A program made the translations under genes and the position numbers. From IMG/VR virus record IMGVR_UViG_3300017971_000228, positions 34,107 to 98,106 of that record: a stretch of DNA of 64,000 nt; one strand, written 5' to 3'. This stretch comes from a virus. Under the pieces are notes generated by a model. It saw only the letters and a program-made list of their open reading frames with translations, made no database searches and was not told the DNA's origin. This document shows positions 48,587 through 58,225 of the stretch, piece after piece. Numbering within the stretch: the first letter of the stretch is position 1; every line of letters starts with the position of its first letter.

Positions 48587-49240
48587 ATGACAGTGAGGGT
48601 AGAAGTACTAAAGGTAACTGACTTAGTGCCGGACCCTGAGAACGCCAACGTAGGAACGGCGCGGGGTCTAGGGATGATTGAGGAGTCAGTGGCAGAGAAC
48701 GGGGCAGGCCGATCATTACTTGCCAGTGCGGACGGGGTACTCTTGGCAGGGAACAAGACCCAGCAGGCATTGGTGAACCGTGGTGTGGAGGAAGTGATCG
48801 CAGTCCACACGGACGGGATGAGGGCGGTAGTAGTAGTAAGAGATGACGTGGAGTCTGGCACAGATAGAGCGAAGCGGTTGGCCTTGGCAGACAACCGAGC
48901 AAATGAAGTGGGTCTTGAATGGGACCCGCAAGTGCTAGCAGGGCTAGATATTGATCTTGATGAGTACTTTTCACCCTATGAGCAGGCTCAGATCGGGCTA
49001 GACGTAGAAGTGCCGGACTTTGACCCGATGGATGAATGGAAGGGGATGCCGGAGTTTGAGAATGAGGATGTCTTCGGTGCAGTGTTAAGTCTGAAGGTGC
49101 ATTTTGCATCAGAGAATGATGTGCAGCGATTCAGTGAGTTGGTGGGACAAGATGTGACAATGCAGTCCAAGTACATCTGGTTCCCGAAGCAAGAAAGGAT
49201 GGATCTCAAGTCTTACAGAGTGATTGATGATGAATCCTGA
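48587..49240 (+). CDS. ParB/Srx-like domain protein, partner of the downstream glycosyltransferase
   Basis: L.PDP.NAN...G...IEES....GAGRS...AGN.T, LALADNR; C-terminal EW.GMPEF..VHF...D...F...IWFP. Confidence 0.7.
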   Translation: MTVRVEVLKVTDLVPDPENANVGTARGLGMIEESVAENGAGRSLLASADGVLLAGNKTQQALVNRGVEEVIAVHTDGMRAVVVVRDDVESGTDRAKRLALADNRANEVGLEWDPQVLAGLDIDLDEYFSPYEQAQIGLDVEVPDFDPMDEWKGMPEFENEDVFGAVLSLKVHFASENDVQRFSELVGQDVTMQSKYIWFPKQERMDLKSYRVIDDES

Positions 49241-50060
49241 GTTTCCGATCTTCATTCCATCGAAGGGACGATACAGGACACCGTATACGATTCGGGCACT
49301 GCAGCGTATCGGTGTGCCGTTCACGGTTGTAGTGGAGGCTCAGGAGCAGGAGCACTATGAGCGCATTGTTACTGCTGACCAGATGTTAATCCTACCACAT
49401 AGTAACAAGGGCCTGACAGTAACGCGGAACTGGATCTGGGACTATGTTGAGCAGGAGCTGGGCATGCCGTACTTCTGGACAATGGATGACAATATCAGAG
49501 ACTTCTATCGGCTGAACCGGAACATCAAGGCACGAGTCACATCTGGAACATTCCTGAAGGTAATGGAGGACTTCGCACAGAGGTATGAAAACCTAGCCAT
49601 CTGTGGTATGGCATACGAGTTGATGACTCCGAGAAAGAAGAAACAGCCGCCATTCATACTGAATACTCGTGTATATTCCAATATGCTGATTCGTACGGAC
49701 ATTCCATTCCGCAACGTGACTTTCTACAATGATGATACCGATCTCTGCCTGCGAGTGCTCAAGGCAGGGTGGTGCACAGTGGAGTTCTGTGCATTTCTTG
49801 CAGACAAAATTGCTACGATGCAAGTCAAGGGTGGCATGACAGATTACTATCAGCAAACGAATAGACGTAGGGAATTCGCAGAGGAGCTGCAGAGAGCACA
49901 CCCAGATCTGGTGAAAGTTGTTTGGAAGTGGAATCGCTGGCATCACCAAGTAGACTATCGCCCATTCAAGGCCAATCGTCTGAAAAAGAAACCGGGGCTA
50001 GAGGTTCCTAAAGATGTTGACAACTATGGCATGAAGCTAGTACATCGAGGCAAGGAATGA
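49224..50060 (+). CDS. TET-associated/GREB1-like glycosyltransferase (GT-A)
   Basis: PIFIPSKGR, RNWIW, WTMDDNI, DTDL.LRVL..G.CT..F, KGG, RWHH.VDY. Confidence 0.8.
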   Translation: MMMNPEFPIFIPSKGRYRTPYTIRALQRIGVPFTVVVEAQEQEHYERIVTADQMLILPHSNKGLTVTRNWIWDYVEQELGMPYFWTMDDNIRDFYRLNRNIKARVTSGTFLKVMEDFAQRYENLAICGMAYELMTPRKKKQPPFILNTRVYSNMLIRTDIPFRNVTFYNDDTDLCLRVLKAGWCTVEFCAFLADKIATMQVKGGMTDYYQQTNRRREFAEELQRAHPDLVKVVWKWNRWHHQVDYRPFKANRLKKKPGLEVPKDVDNYGMKLVHRGKE

Positions 50061-50075
50061 TGGTGAGGATGGAGT

Positions 50076-50738
50076 ATGCCTAGTGAGAAGTGGGAGCCGC
50101 GTCAGGTTCCGATGAAGGACGATCCAAAGCTGAAGCCCTGGGACCGCCAGTTCGATGAAGAGGGGGTCCAGGAACGGCCGCTGTGGTACGGCCGATTCGA
50201 GACCTATCGTCTCTTGGGACCGGAGCGTAGTCTAACGGCAGCCTACCAGGCATGGCAAAAGGAGAAGGGCCGAAAGGTCACGAATCGGGTATCGCAGTCC
50301 TGGCGGCGAGCGATGAAGCTCTGGAACTGGCAGGAACGGGCTGAGGCGTGGGATGCCTACCAACTGCAGAAGGATGCGGACGCTTACGAGGAAGAGTTGG
50401 ACAAGATGCGTGAACGTCACGTCCAGGAAGCGTTGGCCATGCAGCGGGTGGGAGCGGAGAAGCTACGCCAGATCCTCCAGTCAGACAACCCGGGCGCGGC
50501 ATTGAACGCGGCGGAGGCTCGGAAGTTCATCGACACCGGTGTAGCGTTGGAGCGACAAGCACGGGGGGTGGAGGACGGCAAAGATGCCCCGGACACGGTC
50601 AACGTGGTGACGGTGAGACTGGAGCTGCCGGAGAAGGGTAGTGGGTGGGAGGTGATAGACGGTGTTACAGGTGAGATTGAGGGGACAGCCGGGTCGCCCA
50701 AACTACTCGGCAGTACTACACGGAAAGGAGGTGACTAA
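50076..50738 (+). CDS. Terminase small subunit
   Basis: F..Y..LG..RSL, W.W.ERA.AWD; directly upstream of TerL. Confidence 0.75.
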   Translation: MPSEKWEPRQVPMKDDPKLKPWDRQFDEEGVQERPLWYGRFETYRLLGPERSLTAAYQAWQKEKGRKVTNRVSQSWRRAMKLWNWQERAEAWDAYQLQKDADAYEEELDKMRERHVQEALAMQRVGAEKLRQILQSDNPGAALNAAEARKFIDTGVALERQARGVEDGKDAPDTVNVVTVRLELPEKGSGWEVIDGVTGEIEGTAGSPKLLGSTTRKGGD

Positions 50739-52193
50739 ATGCCTTCGGCGGAGCCTGAGTTGAATCTCAAAGCGCAACCCGGTCGGCAGCAACGCTTCTT
50801 GAGCTGCCCGGTGGACATCGCCATCTATGGTGGCTCCGCCGGCGGCGGCAAAACGCACGCCTTACTTCTAGAGCCTACCTACCACTACAAAGTCCCTGGC
50901 TTCTCGGCGGTATTCTTTAGGCGGACGTACCCTCAGATCACCATGCCGGGTGGCCTGTGGGACGAGTCGATGAAGATCTACAACGCCCTGGGTGGACGGC
51001 CACGCAAGGGGGAGCTGGATTGGCGCTTCCCTTCGGGAGCGTCCATCACCTTCCGTCACATGGAGCACGAAGACGACAAGTACAAGTACCAAGGGGCCCA
51101 GATCTGCCTGGAGTGCTGGGATCAGTTGGAAGAGATGAGCGAAGGCCAGTTCTTCTACCTGCTATCCCGTAACCGTTCAGTATGCGGGGTGAAGCCGTAC
51201 ATTCGAGCCACGTGCAACCCCGATCCTGATTCATTCCTGGCCGACTTCATCTCCTGGTGGATCGCTGATGACGGCTACGCCGATCTGAGTCGTGAGGGGA
51301 AGATCCGGTGGTTCGTGCGGGTGGGAGATGACATCGCCTGGGGCGACTCCCGTGCCGAGCTCATCTCCAAGTACCCACCTCCAGACTACGAACCGAAGTC
51401 AGTTACTTTTATCCCGGCCACTATCTTCGACAACCCGGCGCTCCTGCAGGCGAACCCCAGCTATCTGGCCAACCTGATGTCCCTTCCGCCAGTGGAGAGA
51501 GAACGTCTGTTAGGAGATGTCAAGCGTGGCGGCAACTGGAAGATCCGCCCAACAGCAGGAACCTTGTTCAACCGCGCCTGGTTCGGCATCGTAGACACCA
51601 TCCCAGCGGGGGGAGTGGACTGCCGCTACTGGGACTTCGCCGCTACGGAAAAAGAGGTGGGGGGCCATGACCCAGACTTCACGGCCTCCGTTCGCATGCG
51701 CTACCTGGACGGCATCTTCTACATCCTGGACTGTACCGCCGACCGCATAGGACAAGTGGCCGCAGACAAGATGATGTGCAACCTGGCTCAACAAGACGCC
51801 CAGGACTGCCAGGACGTTGGCGCACGCTACACCATCCGCTGGGAGCAAGAACCGGGCGCCTCCGGCAAACGTGAAGGCCAACGCCTCGCCGCCATGCTGG
51901 CCGGCTACGACGCTCGCCCCGTCGCATCCCGTGAAGACAAACTCATCCGCGCCCACGGTCTCTCAGCTCAAGCGTCCGTAGGTAACGTCAAACTACGCCG
52001 GGGCCGCTGGAACGAATCATGGCTCACCCACATGCACAACCAACCCCAGACTCCTAAGAAGGACATTATGGACGCCAGCTCAGGCGCCTTCAATGCCCTC
52101 ACCCTCTACGCCCGAAGCCAACCGGATCTCAACCAGTCGTACATGGGCTCACGCTGGGGAGCACGCAAGACTTCATGGAGTAAGTGGAGATAG
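50739..52193 (+). CDS. Terminase large subunit
   Basis: YGGSAGGGKT, FRRTYPQ, ATCNP, DNP.L, RYWDFAA, EQEPG.SGK, D..DA. Confidence 0.93.
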   Translation: MPSAEPELNLKAQPGRQQRFLSCPVDIAIYGGSAGGGKTHALLLEPTYHYKVPGFSAVFFRRTYPQITMPGGLWDESMKIYNALGGRPRKGELDWRFPSGASITFRHMEHEDDKYKYQGAQICLECWDQLEEMSEGQFFYLLSRNRSVCGVKPYIRATCNPDPDSFLADFISWWIADDGYADLSREGKIRWFVRVGDDIAWGDSRAELISKYPPPDYEPKSVTFIPATIFDNPALLQANPSYLANLMSLPPVERERLLGDVKRGGNWKIRPTAGTLFNRAWFGIVDTIPAGGVDCRYWDFAATEKEVGGHDPDFTASVRMRYLDGIFYILDCTADRIGQVAADKMMCNLAQQDAQDCQDVGARYTIRWEQEPGASGKREGQRLAAMLAGYDARPVASREDKLIRAHGLSAQASVGNVKLRRGRWNESWLTHMHNQPQTPKKDIMDASSGAFNALTLYARSQPDLNQSYMGSRWGARKTSWSKWR

Positions 52194-52208
52194 GAGGGGG
52201 GTACTCCC

Positions 52209-52775
52209 ATCGCAAACCACGGCGGCCGTGCGCACGAAGAAATAGTCAGCCTCATCCGCTACGCAGTCGGCAGCGTCCTGCTTGACGAAGGGCTGATCCT
52301 GGGCGTGATCGGAGACGACTGGCTCATGGCATTCATGCTCGGGACGCTAGGGCAAGGGCTAGGTTCACGTGGTTCAAACTACCCGGACCTACTCTTCACC
52401 TTCAAGCAGGGCCCACCGCTCCTACTCGAAGTGGGTGGCTACGATCCAGGCAAGTGGCCCGAAGAACTGCCAGTAGTTCACGTCGCAAAGAACCACCGGG
52501 TGTCTCTCGTCAACTGGACGGGTAGGCAAGAAGAATTCACCGCGCTGACCCTCATCCGGACAACCGTACACCATCACTTCTACCACGAACGAGTCAAACA
52601 GTGGGCGGTAGAAGACGAGGAACTGATGGAACGGCTGCTCTACGTGCAGGAAAAGGGCGGCGATGAGCCACCAGAAGAACCGAAACGACCAAGCCGAGGC
52701 AGAAAAGATGAACAACTGCTCGTAAAAGCGGCAGGGGGGTGGGCAGTCTGGAACCGAAATCGGCGGAATTGGTAG
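52209..52775 (+). CDS. Hypothetical PD-(D/E)xK-like protein, probable ATC start
   Basis: Frame open from the TerL stop; YPDL...LLEVG motif; AGGAGG SD. Confidence 0.5.
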   Translation: MANHGGRAHEEIVSLIRYAVGSVLLDEGLILGVIGDDWLMAFMLGTLGQGLGSRGSNYPDLLFTFKQGPPLLLEVGGYDPGKWPEELPVVHVAKNHRVSLVNWTGRQEEFTALTLIRTTVHHHFYHERVKQWAVEDEELMERLLYVQEKGGDEPPEEPKRPSRGRKDEQLLVKAAGGWAVWNRNRRNW

Positions 52776-52959
52776 GCGAAATGAACGACGCAGGGGGCGG
52801 GAAATGCGGAACGGGTCAGTGGGACTTGCGGAAACGCCAACCGACGGGCACGCGCCGACGCGCCCACAAAACTGCGGGGCGACAGCGGCTCCGATCATCG
52901 TGCCGTTGGCGTGGTTCAAATCAAGCGGCGGGGTGCCCCCTCGGGATTCGCGGATGGGT

Positions 52960-52981
52960 TGGTATAATGTACCTTATACCA
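52960..52981. promoter_or_regulatory. Palindrome TGGTATAA-N6-TTATACCA containing an extended -10
   Basis: 8-bp inverted repeat in the long non-coding region after terminase. Confidence 0.45.
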
Positions 52982-54078
52982 ACCTAGTTCTTCCCAATTG
53001 GCGTAGTTTCTGTATAGATGGGGCGTGCAAAGTGGGAACATTCACTCAGAAGTACCCAGGGCGGTACTCCATGAGAGAACAAGGGTGCGTGAGAAATTGG
53101 CCGGGGGGAGGGGGTTCCGGAACCCTGGTAGGGTTACCGAAAGCGATCTGGAGAAGAGCTGACGCACAAAATGATGAGTTCGGGGACCTCAACGCGGCTG
53201 CGCACGGTGGATTTCAGCGTCCAAGTTCACGCGAAAAGTGTCAGAATCACCAGAATTTCCAGAAATGGCGGATCGGCCCTGCGCCAGCCTCTCCCACAAT
53301 TTTCCCTACTCCCAACCCATCTATACCCCTATGGGAACGGGGGGCTTTGACGATCCCTACGCTTTCGGCCCTTGAGTGGAATGGCCAGTTTTTTTGTAGA
53401 GGGGGTTACGGATGCTTGAACGGGTAGCGGCGTTGGTGTGTTTGGTAGGCTGCTTCGTGATGATAGGGGTAGTGACGTGGATGGAAAGGAGGAGGTGATA
53501 GTCTGTGACACGAAACCTGCTGTGGTGGGTGTGTTTCGTGTGGTGAAGATGATTGGCGCATGCGAAAGGAGGCGTGATGTTTCTAAACTGGCTGAGAAGT
53601 ACTACGGGGACTCCGATTGTATGGATAGTTCTAGGATGGGTAAGTTATGAGCTTTGGGCCGCAAAGGGCTGGCCGATGTGGGCGTGGATACTGTTTGTCG
53701 TAGGTGTAGGCACCGCTGATGCGGTACTAGAGGCGATGCTAAGGTGATCGGCTACATAGCCCTCGGCTTTGTCCTTGGCGTGGCGGCATCGTGTGCGGCG
53801 TACTGGTGGATCTACGAGCACCAGGACCGAGTGTGCGATGCCATTGAGGCGGCACATCGAGAGTGGTAGGGGGAGGGGGCGATGGTGGCGAATGAGAGTA
53901 TAGCCCTTAGGAATCTCGCCGTTGACGGTGGCGAGATAGGCGTAGAGGCACATATTGATGAGCAAGTGATAGCTCTCAATATCGATGCTGTGGACAGGGC
54001 ATGGGTTCGGTTGACCAAGGTGGAGGCGCAGGGGCTTGTCAACAGGCTAGAGGAGGCTATTGCAATACTGGGGTGGAG

Positions 54079-54627
54079 GGAGGCCGACGATGAGTGAGAC
54101 TATCTGTCCACGATGCCAGGGCAAGGGGATTGTGATAGCAGAGATGGACAGCAAGGACCTGCCCGATGGGCTGGTATGGCAGTACATTTGCCCTGATTGT
54201 GACAGCTACGATAGGCTGAAGAAGGACGTGGTAACACTGTTGAAGGAGGCCGACGATGAGCACTAGCTATTACAGGCTGAAATCGCCAGTAACTTGCTTG
54301 AGGCTAAAAAAGGGCCCGAGGCACGACTATCTTTCCATCTGGGTGAATCACGCTCTTGTAGGACAGCTTACCCTTGCCAACAGGGAAACCCAATCGTTCC
54401 TACAGATACTGGCGGAGTGGAACGAGCCGCCCATGAGAACACACTGGGGAGGGTCAGGCAGGGGAGCAGTTGTTACCATCAACGATCCAAACCTATCTGA
54501 CGAGGATCTTCTCATCAGCGAGTACGGACAACTACTGACAGTGGCGCAGATCAAAGAACGAGATGGAGCAAAGCGTAAGGATGGGATGCCCACCGAGATG
54601 TTCGGGTATGAGGAGGCCGACGATGAG
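54079..54627 (+). repeat. Three exact copies of GGAGGCCGACGATGAG at gene junctions (54079, 54245, 54612)
   Basis: Each copy provides the SD and ATG of the next gene and the EADDE end of the previous one. Confidence 0.9.
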
Positions 54628-54630
54628 TGA
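54256..54630 (+). CDS. Hypothetical cassette protein
   Basis: Bounded by EADDE repeats. Confidence 0.6.
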   Translation: MSTSYYRLKSPVTCLRLKKGPRHDYLSIWVNHALVGQLTLANRETQSFLQILAEWNEPPMRTHWGGSGRGAVVTINDPNLSDEDLLISEYGQLLTVAQIKERDGAKRKDGMPTEMFGYEEADDE

Positions 54631-54825
54631 AGGACTCCCCAGGAAAGTAGCTATCGAGTATGAACTGCTTTTCTGGCATCGAATGTGGGTCTACCGATGT
54701 TGTTGGTGCGATCGACTGTTCACGATTCTAGCTGTGTTCGAGGATGAACATGGCGAGCCGAAGGCGTGGTCGGGACAGGCTGGTGATGACATGCACTGTC
54801 CATTCTGTGGAGGGGAGCAAAACGC

Positions 54826-55071
54826 ATGAAAGCTAATGATGCAGGACTCCCCGTGCCTGGAAGAGCTAACATGGTTCTTCAAGCCATCAAGAGAAGGGAG
54901 TATGCTATTGCAAGGGAGATATGTGACGACACTGGCATACCACGTTCTACAGTGAACCGCTATCTCTTGTGGCTGTATAAGAAAGGCTTGGTGCGCAGAT
55001 CGCTTATCGAAGACCAGACTTTCTTTGGAACATACTTATACGCAGCACTGGAGTACAACAATGAACCTTGA
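54826..55071 (+). CDS. Winged-helix protein with GLPVPGR leader
   Basis: AREIC..TGIPRSTV.RYL..L...GLV. Confidence 0.7.
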   Translation: MKANDAGLPVPGRANMVLQAIKRREYAIAREICDDTGIPRSTVNRYLLWLYKKGLVRRSLIEDQTFFGTYLYAALEYNNEP

Positions 55072-55103
55072 CACCAATGGACTTCCTCTGCCTGGGAGGG
55101 ACG

Positions 55104-55412
55104 ATGCCTAGCTATTACAAGTTCAAGTGTGAAGCATGTGGATTCACTGGCATACGCTATCGAAACGTCAAGAAGTGTCCATCTTGTGATGAGCATGAAT
55201 TATTCAGATTTGAACCACGGCCTGGGCCAGAAACATCGGCAGTCTTGGATGTGCTTTGCCAGATGTTTGACGAGATGGAGTTGACACCAGACGAAGTAGA
55301 CGCAGAGTTGAGACGAGTGGGCTATGATCCTGATGAAGTAGCTGAGAGATTCCGCAAGATTGTGGAGCCGCTACTAGAGCAGAAAGAGAGGGAGATCAAT
55401 GCTAGAGAATGA
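55104..55412 (+). CDS. Zinc-ribbon protein
   Basis: MP.Y.FKCEACG...CPSC; start preceded by the repeat-borne SD. Confidence 0.6.
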   Translation: MPSYYKFKCEACGFTGIRYRNVKKCPSCDEHELFRFEPRPGPETSAVLDVLCQMFDEMELTPDEVDAELRRVGYDPDEVAERFRKIVEPLLEQKEREINARE

Positions 55413-56614
55413 AGGAATGATGGCTGATAGAAGCTGGTGCAGCAAGGATGGGTGGCAGCATATCCATCCTGACGTGGAGTGGGATTACCTGCGGATGGAG
55501 ACCCTGCGTAAAGAACTGAAGCCGATACTGGACAGCTATATCCACTGGGAGCTTTCGGATGGAGGGGAATGGTCTTCGGGGGATTGGGAGCATTATGGGC
55601 AATTGGTCTGTGAAGTACGTCTGGTATTGACTACGTTTCAAGATCAGTTGATGCAACGACTTGTCCATGCATTCCTTGGAGCTAACGATGAACCTCAATG
55701 ACGCCAAAGGACTCCCTCTGCCTGGGCGCAGATGGGAACTACTGATTTTCCTGGATCGCCACCTTTGGCACTGGCATGTCAACAGGGCCGTAGGCAAGTA
55801 CAAGCCCTTCCTCTGGGAGACGTGGCTAGGCCCATTCTGTTTTCGGGTATGGCGTGATCCACGATCCGTGTCTAGCGTGAGCAAGGCGGTTAGGGTACTG
55901 GGGAGGATCAATGCAATTCAATAACCAAGGACTCCCTCTGCCTGTCTTGTTGCCTTGGGCATTGCCCCCTGTCGATTGCATGGCTGTAAATGTAGGTGGA
56001 TTAGTCCTGTTGCCCTGGGAAGATGAAAGAGCAGAAACGATGGTCTTTGTTGAGCCGTATCCTCCTTGGGACAGACATGAGTTTGTTCGGCACGAGTACC
56101 GCTGCATTGGGGATGTGTGCAACTGGGTATGGAGGAGGATTGCATGAAGACCGAAGGACTCCCTCTGCCTGGGAGGGAGCTATGACAGCAATCGTAGCAA
56201 TATCCAACAAAGGGGTGCTTCATCGAGTGGTATCAGGCAAGTTTGATCCAACATGGAATTGCGATGTCAGGGTTGCTTGTGGAGCTATCTCAGATTGGTG
56301 CTACATGGGCATGAGAGATGTTGAGACGTTGAGTGGGCCAAGGTGTAAGCGGTGCTTTGGGGAGGAGGTGGAAGAAGATGAAACCCAACCCTAGCGAACT
56401 CCCTCTGCCTGGGAGGGGGCTATGACGCATAAGCGTAGGTGGAGAGTAAGGATTGATCCCAAGAGACCACACCAGTCCAAGATATGGTTCGATGACATAC
56501 CGCTGGCAGGCACATACTGTGTCCGCATAGAGTCTCGTGACAACTATTCATGGGCAACCTTCTGTGTGCCTGGAAGATACCGCAACGTGGACTGGCTGAC
56601 AGAGGAGGAAAGCG

Positions 56615-57121
56615 ATGAACTTGCGGCTGAATAGTAACGGCTTACCCGAACCTGGGAGGGAGCTGGATGAATACATGGCGACGAAAGTAATGGGATGCCG
56701 TTCGGTTTGGGTACGCTGTAAGATAGGGGGTACTACACTGATAGGGGGTTGGTATCTCACTGAAGAAGACTGTAAGGCTGCTATCACTGAAAAGCTGCGT
56801 GAGGAACTCTACTATGCTAGAAAACTCTGGGTGCGCAATGGAGCACACTGGAAATGGGCTGATGAATGGACGCCCTCCACCACCCACGCCTTCTTCCAGG
56901 TGATGGAGGTGGATAGTGACTGGCGATGGAGATTCACAGAGCATACGCGATGCTTGTTTGCATACCTATTCCGAGACGAACAGCATCAGGTGGCCTTTGA
57001 GATATACCCTGACGAGCCAACGAGCAAGCCGATATGGGCGCTTGTGAACTGGGCCGACTACCCCTCCCGAGAAGAAGCCTACGCCCATGCAGTCTGTTTG
57101 TGTGGGTTCCAAGGGAAGTGA
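56615..57121 (+). CDS. Phage ABA-sandwich-like protein
   Basis: PGRELD...A.KVMG, PST..AF.V.E, A.A.CL motifs. Confidence 0.65.
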   Translation: MNLRLNSNGLPEPGRELDEYMATKVMGCRSVWVRCKIGGTTLIGGWYLTEEDCKAAITEKLREELYYARKLWVRNGAHWKWADEWTPSTTHAFFQVMEVDSDWRWRFTEHTRCLFAYLFRDEQHQVAFEIYPDEPTSKPIWALVNWADYPSREEAYAHAVCLCGFQGK

Positions 57122-57131
57122 GGCAGTCTAG

Positions 57132-57410
57132 CTGACACGCTGGAACCGCAAGACCGTCCGCGAATACGCCCCCTACACCCGATGGGATTGGACCGATCCG
57201 ATGCATGATGCGTTGGACTGCTTATCGGGTTCTTCCTGTGAACTGTTCAAGATGGCGTACTGGCAGGGCTGGCCCAGGGAGCAGATCGGGGTGTATTGCC
57301 AGCGTTGGGACAAGAAGAGGACATTGACTGCCGGCCAGGTAACTACTCGACTCAACGATATCTGCGAGGAGGTGGCTTGTCTGATGAACCAACACGAGCA
57401 GAGGAGGTGA
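57132..57410 (+). CDS. Sigma70 region-4-like HTH protein, copy 1 (probable CTG start)
   Basis: Homology to the next gene extends upstream of the ATG (RW...TVR.YA.Y...D..DPMH). Confidence 0.55.
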   Translation: MTRWNRKTVREYAPYTRWDWTDPMHDALDCLSGSSCELFKMAYWQGWPREQIGVYCQRWDKKRTLTAGQVTTRLNDICEEVACLMNQHEQRR

Positions 57411-57412
57411 GG

Positions 57413-57655
57413 ATGGGGCAGAGGTGGACGGCTGATACGGTAAGGGACTACGCAGTCTATCCGAAGTACGACGCATCCGATCCGATGCACGCTGTAGTGC
57501 AGGCGCTGCCAGATGTGGACCGCACGCTGTTCATCGACAGCTATTGGGAGGGCAAGACGCGCAGGGAAGTGGGCGAGGAGTGGGGCGTGACGGGCTGCAC
57601 CATCTCCGTTCACCTGACGCGCATACTGGGCAACATCGCCTCCTGCTTGAGTTAG
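57413..57655 (+). CDS. Sigma70 region-4-like HTH protein, copy 2
   Basis: LP..DR.LF...YWEG.T..EVG...GVT..TIS..L.R. Confidence 0.65.
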   Translation: MGQRWTADTVRDYAVYPKYDASDPMHAVVQALPDVDRTLFIDSYWEGKTRREVGEEWGVTGCTISVHLTRILGNIASCLS

Positions 57656-58009
57656 GTTAACGGTTGTTACGAATCTAATCTGGCAAGGGGGTGGGGCTAT
57701 AATTAAGGTGAGGCATATTATCATTCATGCTCAGCCCCTGCACAACCTACCACTGAGGGATGGAGGGGCCACGGTAGGGACTGCTGGGTGGCAGGAGGTA
57801 GGCTCTGGTTCGTAGCACTGGGCCGGGGCGTGGGGAACCCCAGGGGCCAACTCACGCCAAGGAGGAAGGATGCCGGATTGGGTTTGTGAAGTAGCGTTGT
57901 GGGTGACGCATCTGCCCTGGACGCCGATGGACATTACGTCGCCGATCAAACACGTGGGGTTGTATGTGGCAGTAACCTTGGCCTGGGCGCTGGTATTGGG
58001 GCTGAAGGC

Positions 58010-58225
58010 ATGAAGTGTCCCATCTGTGAGAAGGAAGTTGGCCAGACCATCATCGGACATCTGACCGTTACCCACGGCATGAACCCCGTGCAGATGCTGG
58101 CGACGCTGTTCTGGCAAGTGGATAGGTTGGAGCGGTTACTGGATGAGCTGGCGGAGGCCGTGAAACAGGAGGTAGGCTTGCTGGCAAAGCTGGAAGAGCG
58201 TGTTGCTGAGGAGGAAATCGAATGA
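58010..58225 (+). CDS. C2H2-type zinc finger plus coiled coil
   Basis: CPIC...HL...HG. Confidence 0.55.
   Translation: MKCPICEKEVGQTIIGHLTVTHGMNPVQMLATLFWQVDRLERLLDELAEAVKQEVGLLAKLEERVAEEEIE

Larger units (their letters stand above)
54632..56665 (+). repeat. Dispersed repeat GGACTCCCTCTGCCTGGGAGGG (GLPLPGR), about 8 copies separating small genes
   Basis: Copies at 54632 (partial), 54844, 55079, 55709, 55929, 56156, 56396 and 56639. Confidence 0.9.

Noticed and set aside
52804-53427. 207-aa ORF after terminase
   Set aside because: No SD or domain, and low-complexity composition; more likely non-coding.
54632-56665. CRISPR array
   Set aside because: Spacers are over 200 bp and protein-coding, the repeats are degenerate, and no cas genes are present.
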